Notes: generated from the letters alone by a model not told the origin. Positions 53,273-63,375 are shown, counted from the first letter of the stretch. The stretch is DNA of 64,000 nucleotides from Gemmatimonadaceae bacterium (GCA_044224875.1 JBGAJQ010000004.1:32001-96000); one strand, 5' to 3'. Program-made: numbers and translations.

Positions 53273-55009
53273 TTACCTTGCTGGTGCTACCTCACGGTAC
53301 CGGAAGACGTCGACGGTCCCATCCAGGTTCATCCAGATCCGCCACTCCTGCACCCCCCGCTCGAAAGTGGCCACGTAGATCGTTGGACCCGCCGGGCCCA
53401 CGCTCTTGAACGTTAGGGACTGCAACTCGCCAAGGTTGCGGAACGTCTCTTGGTGCTCCCCGATCTGCCGTCGCGTCTCGCGCGCCTCGCCGGCGCTCAT
53501 GAGGTCATAGTTGGGCCTCCCGGCTCGCAATTCGGCGACGAGACGTCGGATGGCGGCGTCACTTCCCGGCGCCGCCACTTGCGCCTTGAGTCGCTGCGCA
53601 ATGTCGGCCTCAATCTCGGCACGCTTCTTCGCCGCCAGCATGGAGAGAATGTCCACGGCAAGGCGATCGGAGTTCTGCTTGCCCCCGCCCACATTCCGCA
53701 GGACGACGACGCCCAGCTTCATCCCTCGGTCGAAATACATGGACGCGCGATAGCCGGCGACTCCGCCGTTATGGCCGAGGAATGAGTATCCATCACGGCT
53801 CATGGCCATGAAGCCGACGCCGTAACCACTCTCCAGGTCCTTGTCGGCCGCCACGAGGCCGTCGAAGGCATCGTCGAGCACGGATCGGGCGAGCACACTG
53901 TCCGGGCCGCGACTCAGCTGAAACACCACAAAGCGCGAAAGGTCGTCCACGGTCGTGTAGATCGCTCCGTTCGGCACCTTGTAGCCGCGCCCGTCACGTG
54001 CTTCCTGAGGAGCCGTGCGGTCGTCGAGGGTTCCGTCGGGATTGATTTCGTAGCCTACCGCCACGTCGCTGGCGATGGTCGAATCGATCTCGAATCGCGT
54101 GCGATCCATCCCGAGCGGCTTCAGAATGCGCGAACGCTCCCACGCGACATACGACTGACCCGCCGCGCGCGCGAGCGCCGCACCCAAGAGCGCGTAGCCG
54201 ATGTTCGAGTACGAGTACTCGGTCCCGGGGGTGGAGATGTAGCGCGTATGAGCGAGCGCGGCGAGCATGGTCTGCTCCCACGCCGACACCGGTCCCGTCC
54301 AGAATGGTCCCTCCTCCTCAGGCTCACGTGCCAGCCCTGCTGTCATGGTCGCCAGCTGCAAGAACGTGAACGGCGCGGCGCCAGCAGGCTTGGAGCGAAG
54401 ACGAGACACCTCCGGGACAAAACGCTCGACAGGATCGGAGAGTCGCACCTTTCCCGCTGCCACCAGCTGCATCAACATGACGGCCGTGAATGGCTTCGTA
54501 ATCGACCCTATGCGGTACACGGAACTGCGGGTGGCGAGGCGTCGCGTACTCATGTCCGCAAAGCCGACGCTTCGTGTCCACACCAACTGCGAGCCGGCGA
54601 CGATGCCCACCGTCAGGCTCCCAACGCTGTCCTTCGCGAATTCCGCGGTGACCAGGGAATCCGCGACGTCGATGCCTTTGATGGCCGGCCCGCCGCTTGT
54701 CTGGCACGGCGCGCTGGACGCGACCACGCTGCAACTCGCCAAGGACAGAGTGAGTCGCCGGACGCGCCTGAGTCTCGCGACGGCTGTTCGAGACAGACAC
54801 CGTGCCGCGGCTTCCCTCGAATGGCGTGGTGTGGTCACCCAATGTTCTGGCAGACGAGCCTGCGTTTGTAACGGCATCGAAAGCAACACCTCAGCTCCAA
54901 CGAATCTGGCGAAGAATATTTTCCGGCCGCGCGGCCATGGATCTTGGGACAACATAACGCCCACGATCCGTTGCTCGGCATGACCGGCGACGAAGGAAGT
55001 CCTCCCCAC
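53273..55009 (-). CDS. Beta-lactamase-family (class C/PBP-like) serine hydrolase with extra C-terminal domain
   Basis: SITK, YSN and HNG motifs; true start probably around 54800-54870. Confidence 0.87.
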   Translation of the reverse strand: MGRTSFVAGHAEQRIVGVMLSQDPWPRGRKIFFARFVGAEVLLSMPLQTQARLPEHWVTTPRHSREAAARCLSRTAVARLRRVRRLTLSLASCSVVASSAPCQTSGGPAIKGIDVADSLVTAEFAKDSVGSLTVGIVAGSQLVWTRSVGFADMSTRRLATRSSVYRIGSITKPFTAVMLMQLVAAGKVRLSDPVERFVPEVSRLRSKPAGAAPFTFLQLATMTAGLAREPEEEGPFWTGPVSAWEQTMLAALAHTRYISTPGTEYSYSNIGYALLGAALARAAGQSYVAWERSRILKPLGMDRTRFEIDSTIASDVAVGYEINPDGTLDDRTAPQEARDGRGYKVPNGAIYTTVDDLSRFVVFQLSRGPDSVLARSVLDDAFDGLVAADKDLESGYGVGFMAMSRDGYSFLGHNGGVAGYRASMYFDRGMKLGVVVLRNVGGGKQNSDRLAVDILSMLAAKKRAEIEADIAQRLKAQVAAPGSDAAIRRLVAELRAGRPNYDLMSAGEARETRRQIGEHQETFRNLGELQSLTFKSVGPAGPTIYVATFERGVQEWRIWMNLDGTVDVFRYREVAPAR

Positions 55010-55182
55010 GGAGTGGAGGCACGTTCAAGTTGTAACGCGTGGCTGTGTTGAGCGAGGTCTGCCGTCCGCCCGATGATCCGATTTTCGTTCGGGACGAGTT
55101 CGCCGCGCCGTGTGACGATTTCGGTTGGCCGACCCGATAGCGTAAGCGAGTCTACCTCTGTCCTACACAGTCGAGGGAGAAG

Positions 55183-55635
55183 ATGCGTCGCGTTGCATTA
55201 CTGTCGGCAATGCTCGTAGAGATCGTTGGACTACCTAGGTTGGCAACCGCGCAGACCGCCGCCGACACGGCCGGCATCCGGGCCGCCGCCATGGACTACA
55301 TCGAAGGGTGGTATGCTGCCGATGGGGAGCGAATGGAGCGCGCCGTCCACCCGGAGCTGGCCAAGCGCATCATCCGAACCGACAAGCAGTCGGGACGCAG
55401 CCAGCTGCAATCGATGAGCGCCATGACCCTTATAGGAGGCGCCCGCTCCGGAGGTGGTTCGCGCACACCCACGTCGCGCCAGCAGAAGGATTTCACGCTG
55501 CTCGACATCTACGAGAACGCCGCCGTCGCAAAGGTGGTCGCGTCAGATTGGGTCGACTACCTGCAGCTGGGAAAGTGGAACGGGCGTTGGGTGATCGTGA
55601 ACGTGCTGTGGGAGATGAAGCCCCAGACGCCATGA
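55183..55635 (+). CDS. NTF2-like (putative lumazine-binding) secreted protein
   Basis: DYIEGWY..D.ERM.RA.HP.L.KR and WVDYLQL.K.NG.W.IVNVLW. Confidence 0.88.
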   Translation: MRRVALLSAMLVEIVGLPRLATAQTAADTAGIRAAAMDYIEGWYAADGERMERAVHPELAKRIIRTDKQSGRSQLQSMSAMTLIGGARSGGGSRTPTSRQQKDFTLLDIYENAAVAKVVASDWVDYLQLGKWNGRWVIVNVLWEMKPQTP

Positions 55636-56281
55636 ACGCGTACATCTCTGCGCGACTCGTTCTGGGTGTCGCCGCGCTGTTGTTTCTGCCAGCGACATCT
55701 CCCGTGCGCGTTGCGCGCCAGACGTCGCGCGGCTACGGCGCTCACGCTTCTGCACCGGATCCTCAGCAGCTTGGGTTCGACACCGTTCGCATCAATGAGC
55801 TCTATCGCCGAGCGGCGGCCGGCGAGTTTCCTGGTGTGGACGGTATCGTCATCCAGCGCCACGGGGTGGTTGTCTCGGAGCATTACTTCAACGGGTACTC
55901 ACCGGAACGCCAGCATGACATGCGTTCGGCGACAAAGAGCAGATGGCAAAGGTCGGCCAGCTGATGCTCGACCATGGTAGGGTCGCCGGCAAGCAAATCG
56001 TGCCCGAGCGCTGGGTCGCGCTGGCCTGCTCACCAATGGTCGACGAGTCCGCGAGCGGCTATCGCTATGGTCTGCTGTGGTGGCTTCGCAACCCGCTCAC
56101 TGACGATACCTCGCTCCCTTCGTGTCACGCCTCGGGGAACGGCGGCCAAAAGATCTTCGTGTTCCCGAGCGTAGACGCCGTGGTGGTGTTCACGGGGAGC
56201 AACTACAACCGGGCTCGGCTCAGTCACCAACAGCCAGTGGAAATGCTCAACCGCGCTATTCTGCCGGCCCTCACGAAGTAA
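55632..56281 (+). pseudogene. Beta-lactamase-family serine hydrolase with a large internal deletion
   Basis: The N-terminal part ends at HDMRSATKS (SxxK) and joins out of frame to MAKVGQLMLDHG...YGLLWW...SGNGGQ; the YxN region is absent. Confidence 0.85.
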
Positions 56282-56461
56282 GTCACCGGACTCAACGCCT
56301 CCGCGCGCAGCCGATGTCCGCGGACGCGTGCCTGGCTGGTGGTACCCCACCTCTTGCCTTGCTGGAAAATGGCGTGCGGATTGAAGCGCTCCGACATGGT
56401 GGTGTTGCCGCGGGGCAGGCCCAGACACGTTGGAAGACTGTCGCAGTACCCGGCCTTGGCT

Positions 56462-56489
56462 TTGCAAGCCGTGCACCCAGTTTTAATAT
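56462..56489 (+). promoter_or_regulatory. Putative sigma70 promoter giving a leaderless transcript
   Basis: TTGCAA-N16-TAATAT ending 6 nt before ATG 56496; no Shine-Dalgarno. Confidence 0.4.
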
Positions 56490-56495
56490 TGGGCC

Positions 56496-56867
56496 ATGAT
56501 GCAGGTATTGCGCGCAGTGCTCCGCGGTCCATTCCTGGCGATTTGGTTCGCGTCGTGGGTAGCGCTCGGCGCGAGCGGCCATGTGTGCGCGGTGCACGAC
56601 GCTGCGGGCAGCACGTCCTCAGGTACTCACGGCCCATCAGGACCCGCGTCCCACCACGGCCACGGTGGCAGCGACGCGCCAAGCCATCACTGCAGTTGTG
56701 TTGGGGCGTCGTGCTGCGAGGTGGCGCTGCGACCGACGGACTCCGTGCGGCTGCCCGAGCCGAAAGTCACCAGCGTTGCCGTCAGCAACAATATTTCGGC
56801 CGTGCGCGCGCCGCACGTGGATTCGGCGCGGCTCCTTCCGCCTGCGATAGGCCCTCCAGCGGTGTGA
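56496..56867 (+). CDS. His/Cys-rich DUF2946/CruR-like upstream ORF
   Basis: Hydrophobic N-terminus, CAVH, His-rich linker, CSC..SCC, C-terminal PPAIGPPAV; lies directly before a TonB receptor. Confidence 0.72.
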   Translation: MMQVLRAVLRGPFLAIWFASWVALGASGHVCAVHDAAGSTSSGTHGPSGPASHHGHGGSDAPSHHCSCVGASCCEVALRPTDSVRLPEPKVTSVAVSNNISAVRAPHVDSARLLPPAIGPPAV

Positions 56868-57000
56868 CGTCGGCCCCCTCTCCATTCGGGGGCACGTAAC
56901 CAAGTGCGACGCGTCCGAGGCCGGGTGCCTCGGCGCCTTGGCGTCGTCCGCGCGGGTACAATGCCCGCGTCGGCGCTCATTCCTGGAGCTCGACCTCCCC

Positions 57001-59019
57001 ATGTTCATACGCTTCCCACTCGGACGCCTCATCGTTGGCGCCGAGTTGATCTTCGTGTCGTCCGTCGGTGCGCAGCAGCGCGACACGGTCACGACCGATT
57101 CCACCACAAGCCGTCGGCGGCTCGCCCCCATCACCATAGTTGCTACGCCGGCCACGCGGTCGGCTCCGTCGAGCGCGTTGCACCTGGACGCGTCAGCTCT
57201 TCGCCTCGCGCCCGCGACGAACACCTTCGACCTGTTGCGACAGACGTCTGGCCTGGAGGTCCACGAGCAGGGGCAGGGGCCTGGCTTCACGTCCAACGCC
57301 TCGCTGCGCGGCTTCAGTTCCGACCACTCGACGGACGTGGCGCTGTGGATCGACGGCGTGCCGGTCAACGAGCCGGTGAACGGCCACGCCGAGGGCTACA
57401 ACGACTTCGCCGTGCTGTACCCCGCCGCGGTGAGCGACATCGACGTGATTCGCGGACCCACGAGCGCGCTCTTTGGAAATTTTGCGCTGGCGGGAGTGGT
57501 CAACGTCCGGACGTTGGAGCGAATGCGTGGCACGGAGCTCTCCGTCACCGGTGGGTCCAGTGGCCGCGGCGAGTTCAATGTCTTAAGTGGCTTCGATCAC
57601 GGCGCGCGCGGTGGCGGTGTGTTGGGGTTGCGCTACGAGCACGAAGACGGCTTCCGCCCGAATGCTCGATTTGACCTGGGGCAGGCACACGCCCGGGTGG
57701 TTCACGACCTGAACTCGACCCTACGCGTGGATGGCGGCGTCGAATTGTACCGCACCCGCTGGCACTCCCCCGGCTTCCTGGGCGAAGAAGACTTTGCAGC
57801 TGGCGACTACGACATCGTGTCCAATCCCAGCGATGGCGGCTACAAGCGGCGCGCGCAGGAACGCCTCAGCGTGCGCGTGTTGCGCGGGGACATGCTGTGG
57901 CGCACCACGGCCTATGCCACACAGGGGCGTTGGCAATTGTACCTGACGATCCCGCCGGCCGGCGGCCGGTTCGAGGGCACGGGCAGCCAGACGGAAGAAG
58001 AGGATGGACGACATGGGTACGGGCTCACCAGCGCCGTCACGTGGGAGCGGGCGCGCGCGACCGTGACGCTGGGCGGCGAGGCCCGCTGGGATCGCGCGTC
58101 GTACGACAACTGGTTCACCACGGACCGTGCACGCGACTCCGTAGCGGAAACCGTCACCTCCACCCAGCGAAGTGCCGCGGCCTTCGCCCGGGCAACGATT
58201 GAGCTGACGAGCCGATGGCGCGCCGAGCTGGGGCTTCGGGCAGACGCCATCTCAACCCGCGCCACAACGGTAGATGCCGGTGGGGTGAGCGCTTCCCATG
58301 CTGTCCTTTCCCCAAAGGTCGGGACCATCGTGCGCATAACGCCGCTGGTGTCTGCGTACGCCAACGTGTCGCGTGGTTTCCGCTCCGCGGACGGCATCAT
58401 CAGCGAGCCCACGCTCACACCGATCACCCTGTGGGCCTATGAGACGGGGCTCAAGTTGGATCGAGGCACGACCTCCGCGTCGGCCGCCGTCTTTCGCATG
58501 GACGTCAGCAACGAGCAGACCTTCAATCCCCTGACCGGTGCGTCCAACAACGGCGGCGCCAGTGTTCGCAACGGGATCGAACTCGACGCCCGCGGTCGTA
58601 TGGGGCGCTTCGTCACCTTCAACACGGACTGGACGTTGTTGGGCGCGAAGTACCGGCATCTCACGGCGATCCCAGAGGACGGGGACGGCGATCCGGTGGT
58701 ACTCGACCACCTGCGCGTCTACAACACGGCGCGCTATACCGGCCTCGTGACCCTCGACTGGTCACCAAGACCCGAGCACTGGCTGCTGCGCGCGACCGGC
58801 AACTTCGTGGGCCCCTACACTCCCTTTGAGCGGCCAGGAGAGGAACTCGGCGCCTACGGCCTGTTGCACCTGAGCGGGGAGTGGGCGGTCGGACGGGTGC
58901 GAACGAGTGTTGGGGTGCGGAACGTGCTGGACCGACGATACCCGGACCTCATAGCGGGCGAGGTCGTGGCGCCCGGACGTCCACGGTCGTTCTTCGTTAC
59001 GATGCGCGCGGCGCTCTAG
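57001..59019 (+). CDS. TonB-dependent receptor, probably for a metal
   Basis: Plug motifs LRGF..DH..D, IDGVPVN, NGHAEGY, VIRGP.SAL.G; C-terminal GRPRSFFVTMRAAL. Confidence 0.92.
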   Translation: MFIRFPLGRLIVGAELIFVSSVGAQQRDTVTTDSTTSRRRLAPITIVATPATRSAPSSALHLDASALRLAPATNTFDLLRQTSGLEVHEQGQGPGFTSNASLRGFSSDHSTDVALWIDGVPVNEPVNGHAEGYNDFAVLYPAAVSDIDVIRGPTSALFGNFALAGVVNVRTLERMRGTELSVTGGSSGRGEFNVLSGFDHGARGGGVLGLRYEHEDGFRPNARFDLGQAHARVVHDLNSTLRVDGGVELYRTRWHSPGFLGEEDFAAGDYDIVSNPSDGGYKRRAQERLSVRVLRGDMLWRTTAYATQGRWQLYLTIPPAGGRFEGTGSQTEEEDGRHGYGLTSAVTWERARATVTLGGEARWDRASYDNWFTTDRARDSVAETVTSTQRSAAAFARATIELTSRWRAELGLRADAISTRATTVDAGGVSASHAVLSPKVGTIVRITPLVSAYANVSRGFRSADGIISEPTLTPITLWAYETGLKLDRGTTSASAAVFRMDVSNEQTFNPLTGASNNGGASVRNGIELDARGRMGRFVTFNTDWTLLGAKYRHLTAIPEDGDGDPVVLDHLRVYNTARYTGLVTLDWSPRPEHWLLRATGNFVGPYTPFERPGEELGAYGLLHLSGEWAVGRVRTSVGVRNVLDRRYPDLIAGEVVAPGRPRSFFVTMRAAL

Positions 59020-59146
59020 GCCGGCAGCCCAGGGAGGTCGGCGGTGCGGAGTGGACCGCGCACACGTCGCCAGGGTCGTGACGGAACGAAGCGGGATACA
59101 GCCGCGACAGCAGGCGATACCGCCACATCAGGCGTCGCCGACCGTC

Positions 59147-59176
59147 TTGCGATTCCTGGACGTGGCCGTCTAGTTT
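59147..59176 (+). promoter_or_regulatory. Putative sigma70 promoter
   Basis: TTGCGA-N18-TAGTTT; predicted transcription start near 59183. Confidence 0.45.
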
Positions 59177-59183
59177 CCGGAAC

Positions 59184-59303
59184 GGCGTCTCGGGACGCCA
59201 CCGGTCCGCGGAAAGGGCTGCGCCCACCTGCTGTAGGACATCGATTCCAGCGCCCTCTTCGGGCCGATCGTGCGGACGCCGGCCATTCTCCGAAGGAGGC
59301 GTC
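59184..59303 (+). ncRNA. Candidate structured cis-regulatory 5' leader
   Basis: GGCGTC-TCGG-GACGCC hairpin; long-range GTCCGC/GCGGAC pairing; alternative RBS-occluding hairpin. Confidence 0.5.
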
Positions 59304-60842
59304 ATGCCATCGCGATTTCATCGCACACTGCCCGCGCGCCCGGATCTCGACCAGCAAAAGCGGCTCGCGAAGGACCTGCTGAATGCGTTCGACGCGGGCG
59401 ACGGTGAAGCCCGCGAGCGCGTCAGAGACGCACTCCCCGACAAGCGCGAGATTGCCCTGGCCGACGCGCAGTACGTGTTGGCCCGCGAATACGGTTATGC
59501 AAATTGGGCAACACTCAAGCAGCACATCGACACACTCACTGCGGCCTCCGTGTCGCCAGAGATGCAGCTGCACCAGGCCGTGGCCCGACGCGATGCCAGG
59601 GAGACGCGCCGCCTGCTCGAACGACATCCGGGCCTCACGAAGTTCATCAATGCGCCGATCTTCGACTTCGACTCGCCGCCCATCGTTGCCCTGAGTCAGG
59701 ACGCGGCCATGGTGGACGTGCTGCTGGACTTTGGCGCCGATCCGAATCAGAAGAGCAACTGGTGGGCGGGTGGGTTCCACGCACTGCACACGGCAACCGC
59801 GGCCGCTGCCGAGCGATTGCTGGCGAGGGGCGCGGTGCCAGACGCGTGCGCGCTCGCCCACTTGGGGCGCGCCGAGCAACTCGAAGAGATGATCGCAGCG
59901 AATCCATCCGCCGTACATGAACGAGGCGGTGACGGACAAACGCCGCTGCATTTCGCTTCCACGCGCGCGGTGGTCGATCTGTTGCTGGACGCTGGCGCGG
60001 ATATCGATGCGAAAGACGTGGACCACCGGTCCACCCCCGCCGAATGGATGCTCGGCACGCCCGACACGCCGAAACGGACGGAACTTGCGCGCTATCTGGT
60101 GTCACGTGGTGCACAGGCGGACATCTTCATGGCGGCCGCGCTCGGACTCGTCGATCGCGCGCGCGAATTGCTCGCCCGCGACGCATCGTTGTTGGACTTG
60201 CATGTTGGACGCGGCCCATATGGGGAACAGCCACCCAGCAGCTTCCACATCTACATGTGGACCATCGGAAACTCGCGGTCTCCGATGGACGTGGCGCGGT
60301 GGTACGGTCACGAGGATGTCGTGGCAGTCATGCGTGGAATAGCCTCGCCGCGCCACCTGCTGCTTGCAGCCCTGTCGCAAGGTGACGAACGCGAGGTGCG
60401 AGCGATTGCCGCAGAAAATCCCGGGGTCGTTGAACGGCTGGATCCAGCGGACCATGCGCTGGCTGCAGACGCCGCGTGGAACGGCAACGCGAGCGCGCTG
60501 GCGATGATGCTGGAGATCGGATTGGACCCACGCGCCCCGGGCCACGACAGCGGTACGGCGCTGCATTGCGCGGCGTGGGAGGGGTGCGTCGAGTGCGTGG
60601 AGCTGCTCGTCAAGCGGGAGGATGCTCGCGAGCTAGTCCCCATCGAGGATGCGCACTACAAGGCGACGCCGCTGGGCTGGTGCTGTCATGGGTCTGTACA
60701 CGGCAATCCACACCGCGATCGCGCGCGAATCGCCCAGTTGCTGCTGGAGGCCGGCGCCGATCCCGACCATGGCATCCGCGACGCATCGCCCGCGGTCACG
60801 GCGGTGCTTGACGCTTGGCGCCGACGCCGGTCAGGAACGTGA
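59304..60842 (+). CDS. Ankyrin-repeat protein with N-terminal helical LADAQ..LAREYG..W domain
   Basis: GADPN, GQTPLH, GADIDAKD, GTALH and TPLGW repeats; AAGGAGG RBS. Confidence 0.92.
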   Translation: MPSRFHRTLPARPDLDQQKRLAKDLLNAFDAGDGEARERVRDALPDKREIALADAQYVLAREYGYANWATLKQHIDTLTAASVSPEMQLHQAVARRDARETRRLLERHPGLTKFINAPIFDFDSPPIVALSQDAAMVDVLLDFGADPNQKSNWWAGGFHALHTATAAAAERLLARGAVPDACALAHLGRAEQLEEMIAANPSAVHERGGDGQTPLHFASTRAVVDLLLDAGADIDAKDVDHRSTPAEWMLGTPDTPKRTELARYLVSRGAQADIFMAAALGLVDRARELLARDASLLDLHVGRGPYGEQPPSSFHIYMWTIGNSRSPMDVARWYGHEDVVAVMRGIASPRHLLLAALSQGDEREVRAIAAENPGVVERLDPADHALAADAAWNGNASALAMMLEIGLDPRAPGHDSGTALHCAAWEGCVECVELLVKREDARELVPIEDAHYKATPLGWCCHGSVHGNPHRDRARIAQLLLEAGADPDHGIRDASPAVTAVLDAWRRRRSGT

Positions 60843-60924
60843 CCACGCATTGAAGGGGGCAGCAACCAGGATGTCTCGAGCACGTCGCCCACGCGCCGTC
60901 GAGGCATCCGGGTTGCAGCCGCCG

Positions 60925-63375
60925 TCACCGCAGACGAAATTCTCGCTGTATTCGCGCGGCGCGTGCCGCATCTCCAGCCGTGCGATACATCGCAGCTGCG
61001 CGCTCAGCCGCTTGCCGAGTTTGCGAACTGGTATCACCGGAGGCGGCGCGTTGGATGGTCAGGGCGCGGTCCAGCAAGGTCGCTGCTTCGCCTGGCCGTC
61101 CACGCTGGCCCACCAGGCGGCCGAGCCGGTCGAGGATCGTCGCCAACTGTGGGTGTGTGGGACCCAGGCGGGCCTCCAAGGCACCTAACGCTTGACGATG
61201 CAACGCTTCGGCCTCGACAAGCAACGTGTCGGAGTGCTCGAGCGTCCCACGGTCCGTTAGGACGGTGGCTAGCGAGGTCAGGACCCGAGCCGTGACTGGA
61301 TGGTCCTTTCCCTGGAGCTTGGTCTGGCGCTCGGCCAGTGCTCGATAGTCCGCCTCGGCGCCGGGAAGGTCCCCCTTGGCGCGCTTGAAGGCGGCCAGGT
61401 TGCTTAACGCCACGACGGTTCGTTGGTGCTCGGGGCCTACCGACGCCTGCAGTGCGCGCAGTGCCAGATCCTGCACGCTGATGGCGGAGTCGAGCTGCTT
61501 CTGATAGTAGAGCGCCGCGGCGAGGTTGTTCGCGGTGATTCCGACCGCTCGATGCTGGTCGCCGAACAGGGAGCGTCGAATGACCAGTGCTTCCCGCAAA
61601 GGCGAAATCGCGTCGGCGGCGCGATTGGAGCCGTTGTACAGAACGCCAAGGTCGTTGAGCGAACGCGAGAGTCCATCACGCTGGCGCGTTCCGGCGGCCC
61701 GGCGAAGGCGAATGGCTTCTGTGATCAGTGACTCGGCTTCCGCGTTCCGACCTCGTTCATAGATGATCCAGCCCAACAATGAAGCCGCGGCGGCGATATC
61801 GGAGTGGCCGGCGGGAAGGAGCTGGCGGCGCAGTGACAGCGCTTCACGCGCCAGCGGTTCGGCGTCGGCGTAGAGTCCCAGACGGTCGTAACCGTCAGCA
61901 AGCACCTCGAGCATGTCCGTTCGAGCTGACGCGCGACCGCGGAACGCGACGTCGAGCTGGCTGCGTTGCCGATCGAGGAGGGACCGGGCCGTGATCGTGT
62001 CACCGACCCGCGCAGCGGCGCCGCTCGCGCCGAACATTTCCATCAGGAACCCGCGGACCTCGAGCGCCTTGTCGCGTTCCTCGGCGGTACGAGCGGCTTC
62101 GGCTGCAACACGCCGCGATTGCACCACGCTCACCCATGCGATGGCAAGGAGTGCGACGATCAGCGTGGCGCCGGCGGCCACCCCACCGGCATTCCGCGCA
62201 ACGAACTTCCTCGCCCGATATCCAAGTGTGTCAGGGCGAGCGGCAACGGGAAGACCGTGGAGGTAACAGCGCAGGTCCTCGGCGAGCGCCGCGGCTGAGG
62301 GATATCGGCGCTCGGGCTCCTTGCGAAGCGCCATCAGGACGATGGTATCGAGATCACCGGCCAGGTGGCGGCGCAAGGACTCCGGTTTCGACGCGCGCGA
62401 GAGTGCCGCGTCTCGTCGCTCGGGACTCGCACCTTCCCATGCGAGACTCGGTCGCTGCGGCGCGCTGTCGAGGATGAGTCTCTCGATTTCGGTGCGTGAA
62501 CGGGCAGTGTGACCGTATGGGTGCTGACCCGCCAGCGACTCGTACAGCATGACGCCTAACGCATAGACGTCGGTTGCCGTCGTGACGCCGGTCCCGAGTA
62601 GTTGTTCTGGCGCGGCGTACTCGGGCGTGAGTAGCCGCAACTCGGCGTTGGTCTCGAACGCCACGCCAAGCTGGGCCGAATCGCCCAGCACCTTACCGAT
62701 GCCGAAATCGAGCAGCTTGGGTACGCCCTCGTCAGTGACGAGGATGTTGCGCGGTTTCAGGTCTCGGTGAACGACCAGGTGCTGGTGAGCATGTTGGACC
62801 GCTCCGCAGATCACCTGAAACAGGCGCAAGCGATCCGCGAGCGACAATCGTCGAGATTCGCAGTACTCGGTCAGTGGCGTACCCTCCACGTACTCCATGG
62901 CGAAGTACGGGCGGCCATCTTGCGTCTCCCCCGCGTCCACCAACTGCGCGACATTCGGATGGCGCAGCGTTGCAAGGATGCGTCGCTCCAACCGGAAGCG
63001 ATTTAGAAGCTCGTCCGTCGCCATGCCCATGCGAATTACCTTCAGGGCTACCGTTTGGACGACCCCGTCGAGGTCGCGCGTGGCGAGGTGGACATCGCCC
63101 ATACCGCCGCTGCCAAGCAGTCGCACGAGTCGCCACGGCCCGATGAACGCCGTATGGAGCGCGTCGTCAGGTGAAGTGGCCCGGGTGCTCGCGGCAATGG
63201 GCGATTCAAGAAAGGTCGGTTCCGCGTCGAGTTGCGAAAGGAGACTGAGGACTTCGTCTTGCAGGGCCGTGTCGCCCTCACAGGCCTGCGCCACAAATGC
63301 TCCACGCGATGGGCCGGTCAGCTCCAACGCCTCGGAACAGAGGTGCTCGATACGCGCCCAGCGGTCGCGATCCAT
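60925..63375 (-). CDS. Membrane Ser/Thr kinase with C-terminal TPRs (ECF-associated type)
   Basis: GSGGMG, VALK, HRDLKPRN, DFG, TPEYAAPEQ, GDLDTIV; one transmembrane helix; TPRs. Confidence 0.95.
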   Translation of the reverse strand: MDRDRWARIEHLCSEALELTGPSRGAFVAQACEGDTALQDEVLSLLSQLDAEPTFLESPIAASTRATSPDDALHTAFIGPWRLVRLLGSGGMGDVHLATRDLDGVVQTVALKVIRMGMATDELLNRFRLERRILATLRHPNVAQLVDAGETQDGRPYFAMEYVEGTPLTEYCESRRLSLADRLRLFQVICGAVQHAHQHLVVHRDLKPRNILVTDEGVPKLLDFGIGKVLGDSAQLGVAFETNAELRLLTPEYAAPEQLLGTGVTTATDVYALGVMLYESLAGQHPYGHTARSRTEIERLILDSAPQRPSLAWEGASPERRDAALSRASKPESLRRHLAGDLDTIVLMALRKEPERRYPSAAALAEDLRCYLHGLPVAARPDTLGYRARKFVARNAGGVAAGATLIVALLAIAWVSVVQSRRVAAEAARTAEERDKALEVRGFLMEMFGASGAAARVGDTITARSLLDRQRSQLDVAFRGRASARTDMLEVLADGYDRLGLYADAEPLAREALSLRRQLLPAGHSDIAAAASLLGWIIYERGRNAEAESLITEAIRLRRAAGTRQRDGLSRSLNDLGVLYNGSNRAADAISPLREALVIRRSLFGDQHRAVGITANNLAAALYYQKQLDSAISVQDLALRALQASVGPEHQRTVVALSNLAAFKRAKGDLPGAEADYRALAERQTKLQGKDHPVTARVLTSLATVLTDRGTLEHSDTLLVEAEALHRQALGALEARLGPTHPQLATILDRLGRLVGQRGRPGEAATLLDRALTIQRAASGDTSSQTRQAAERAAAMYRTAGDAARAARIQREFRLR

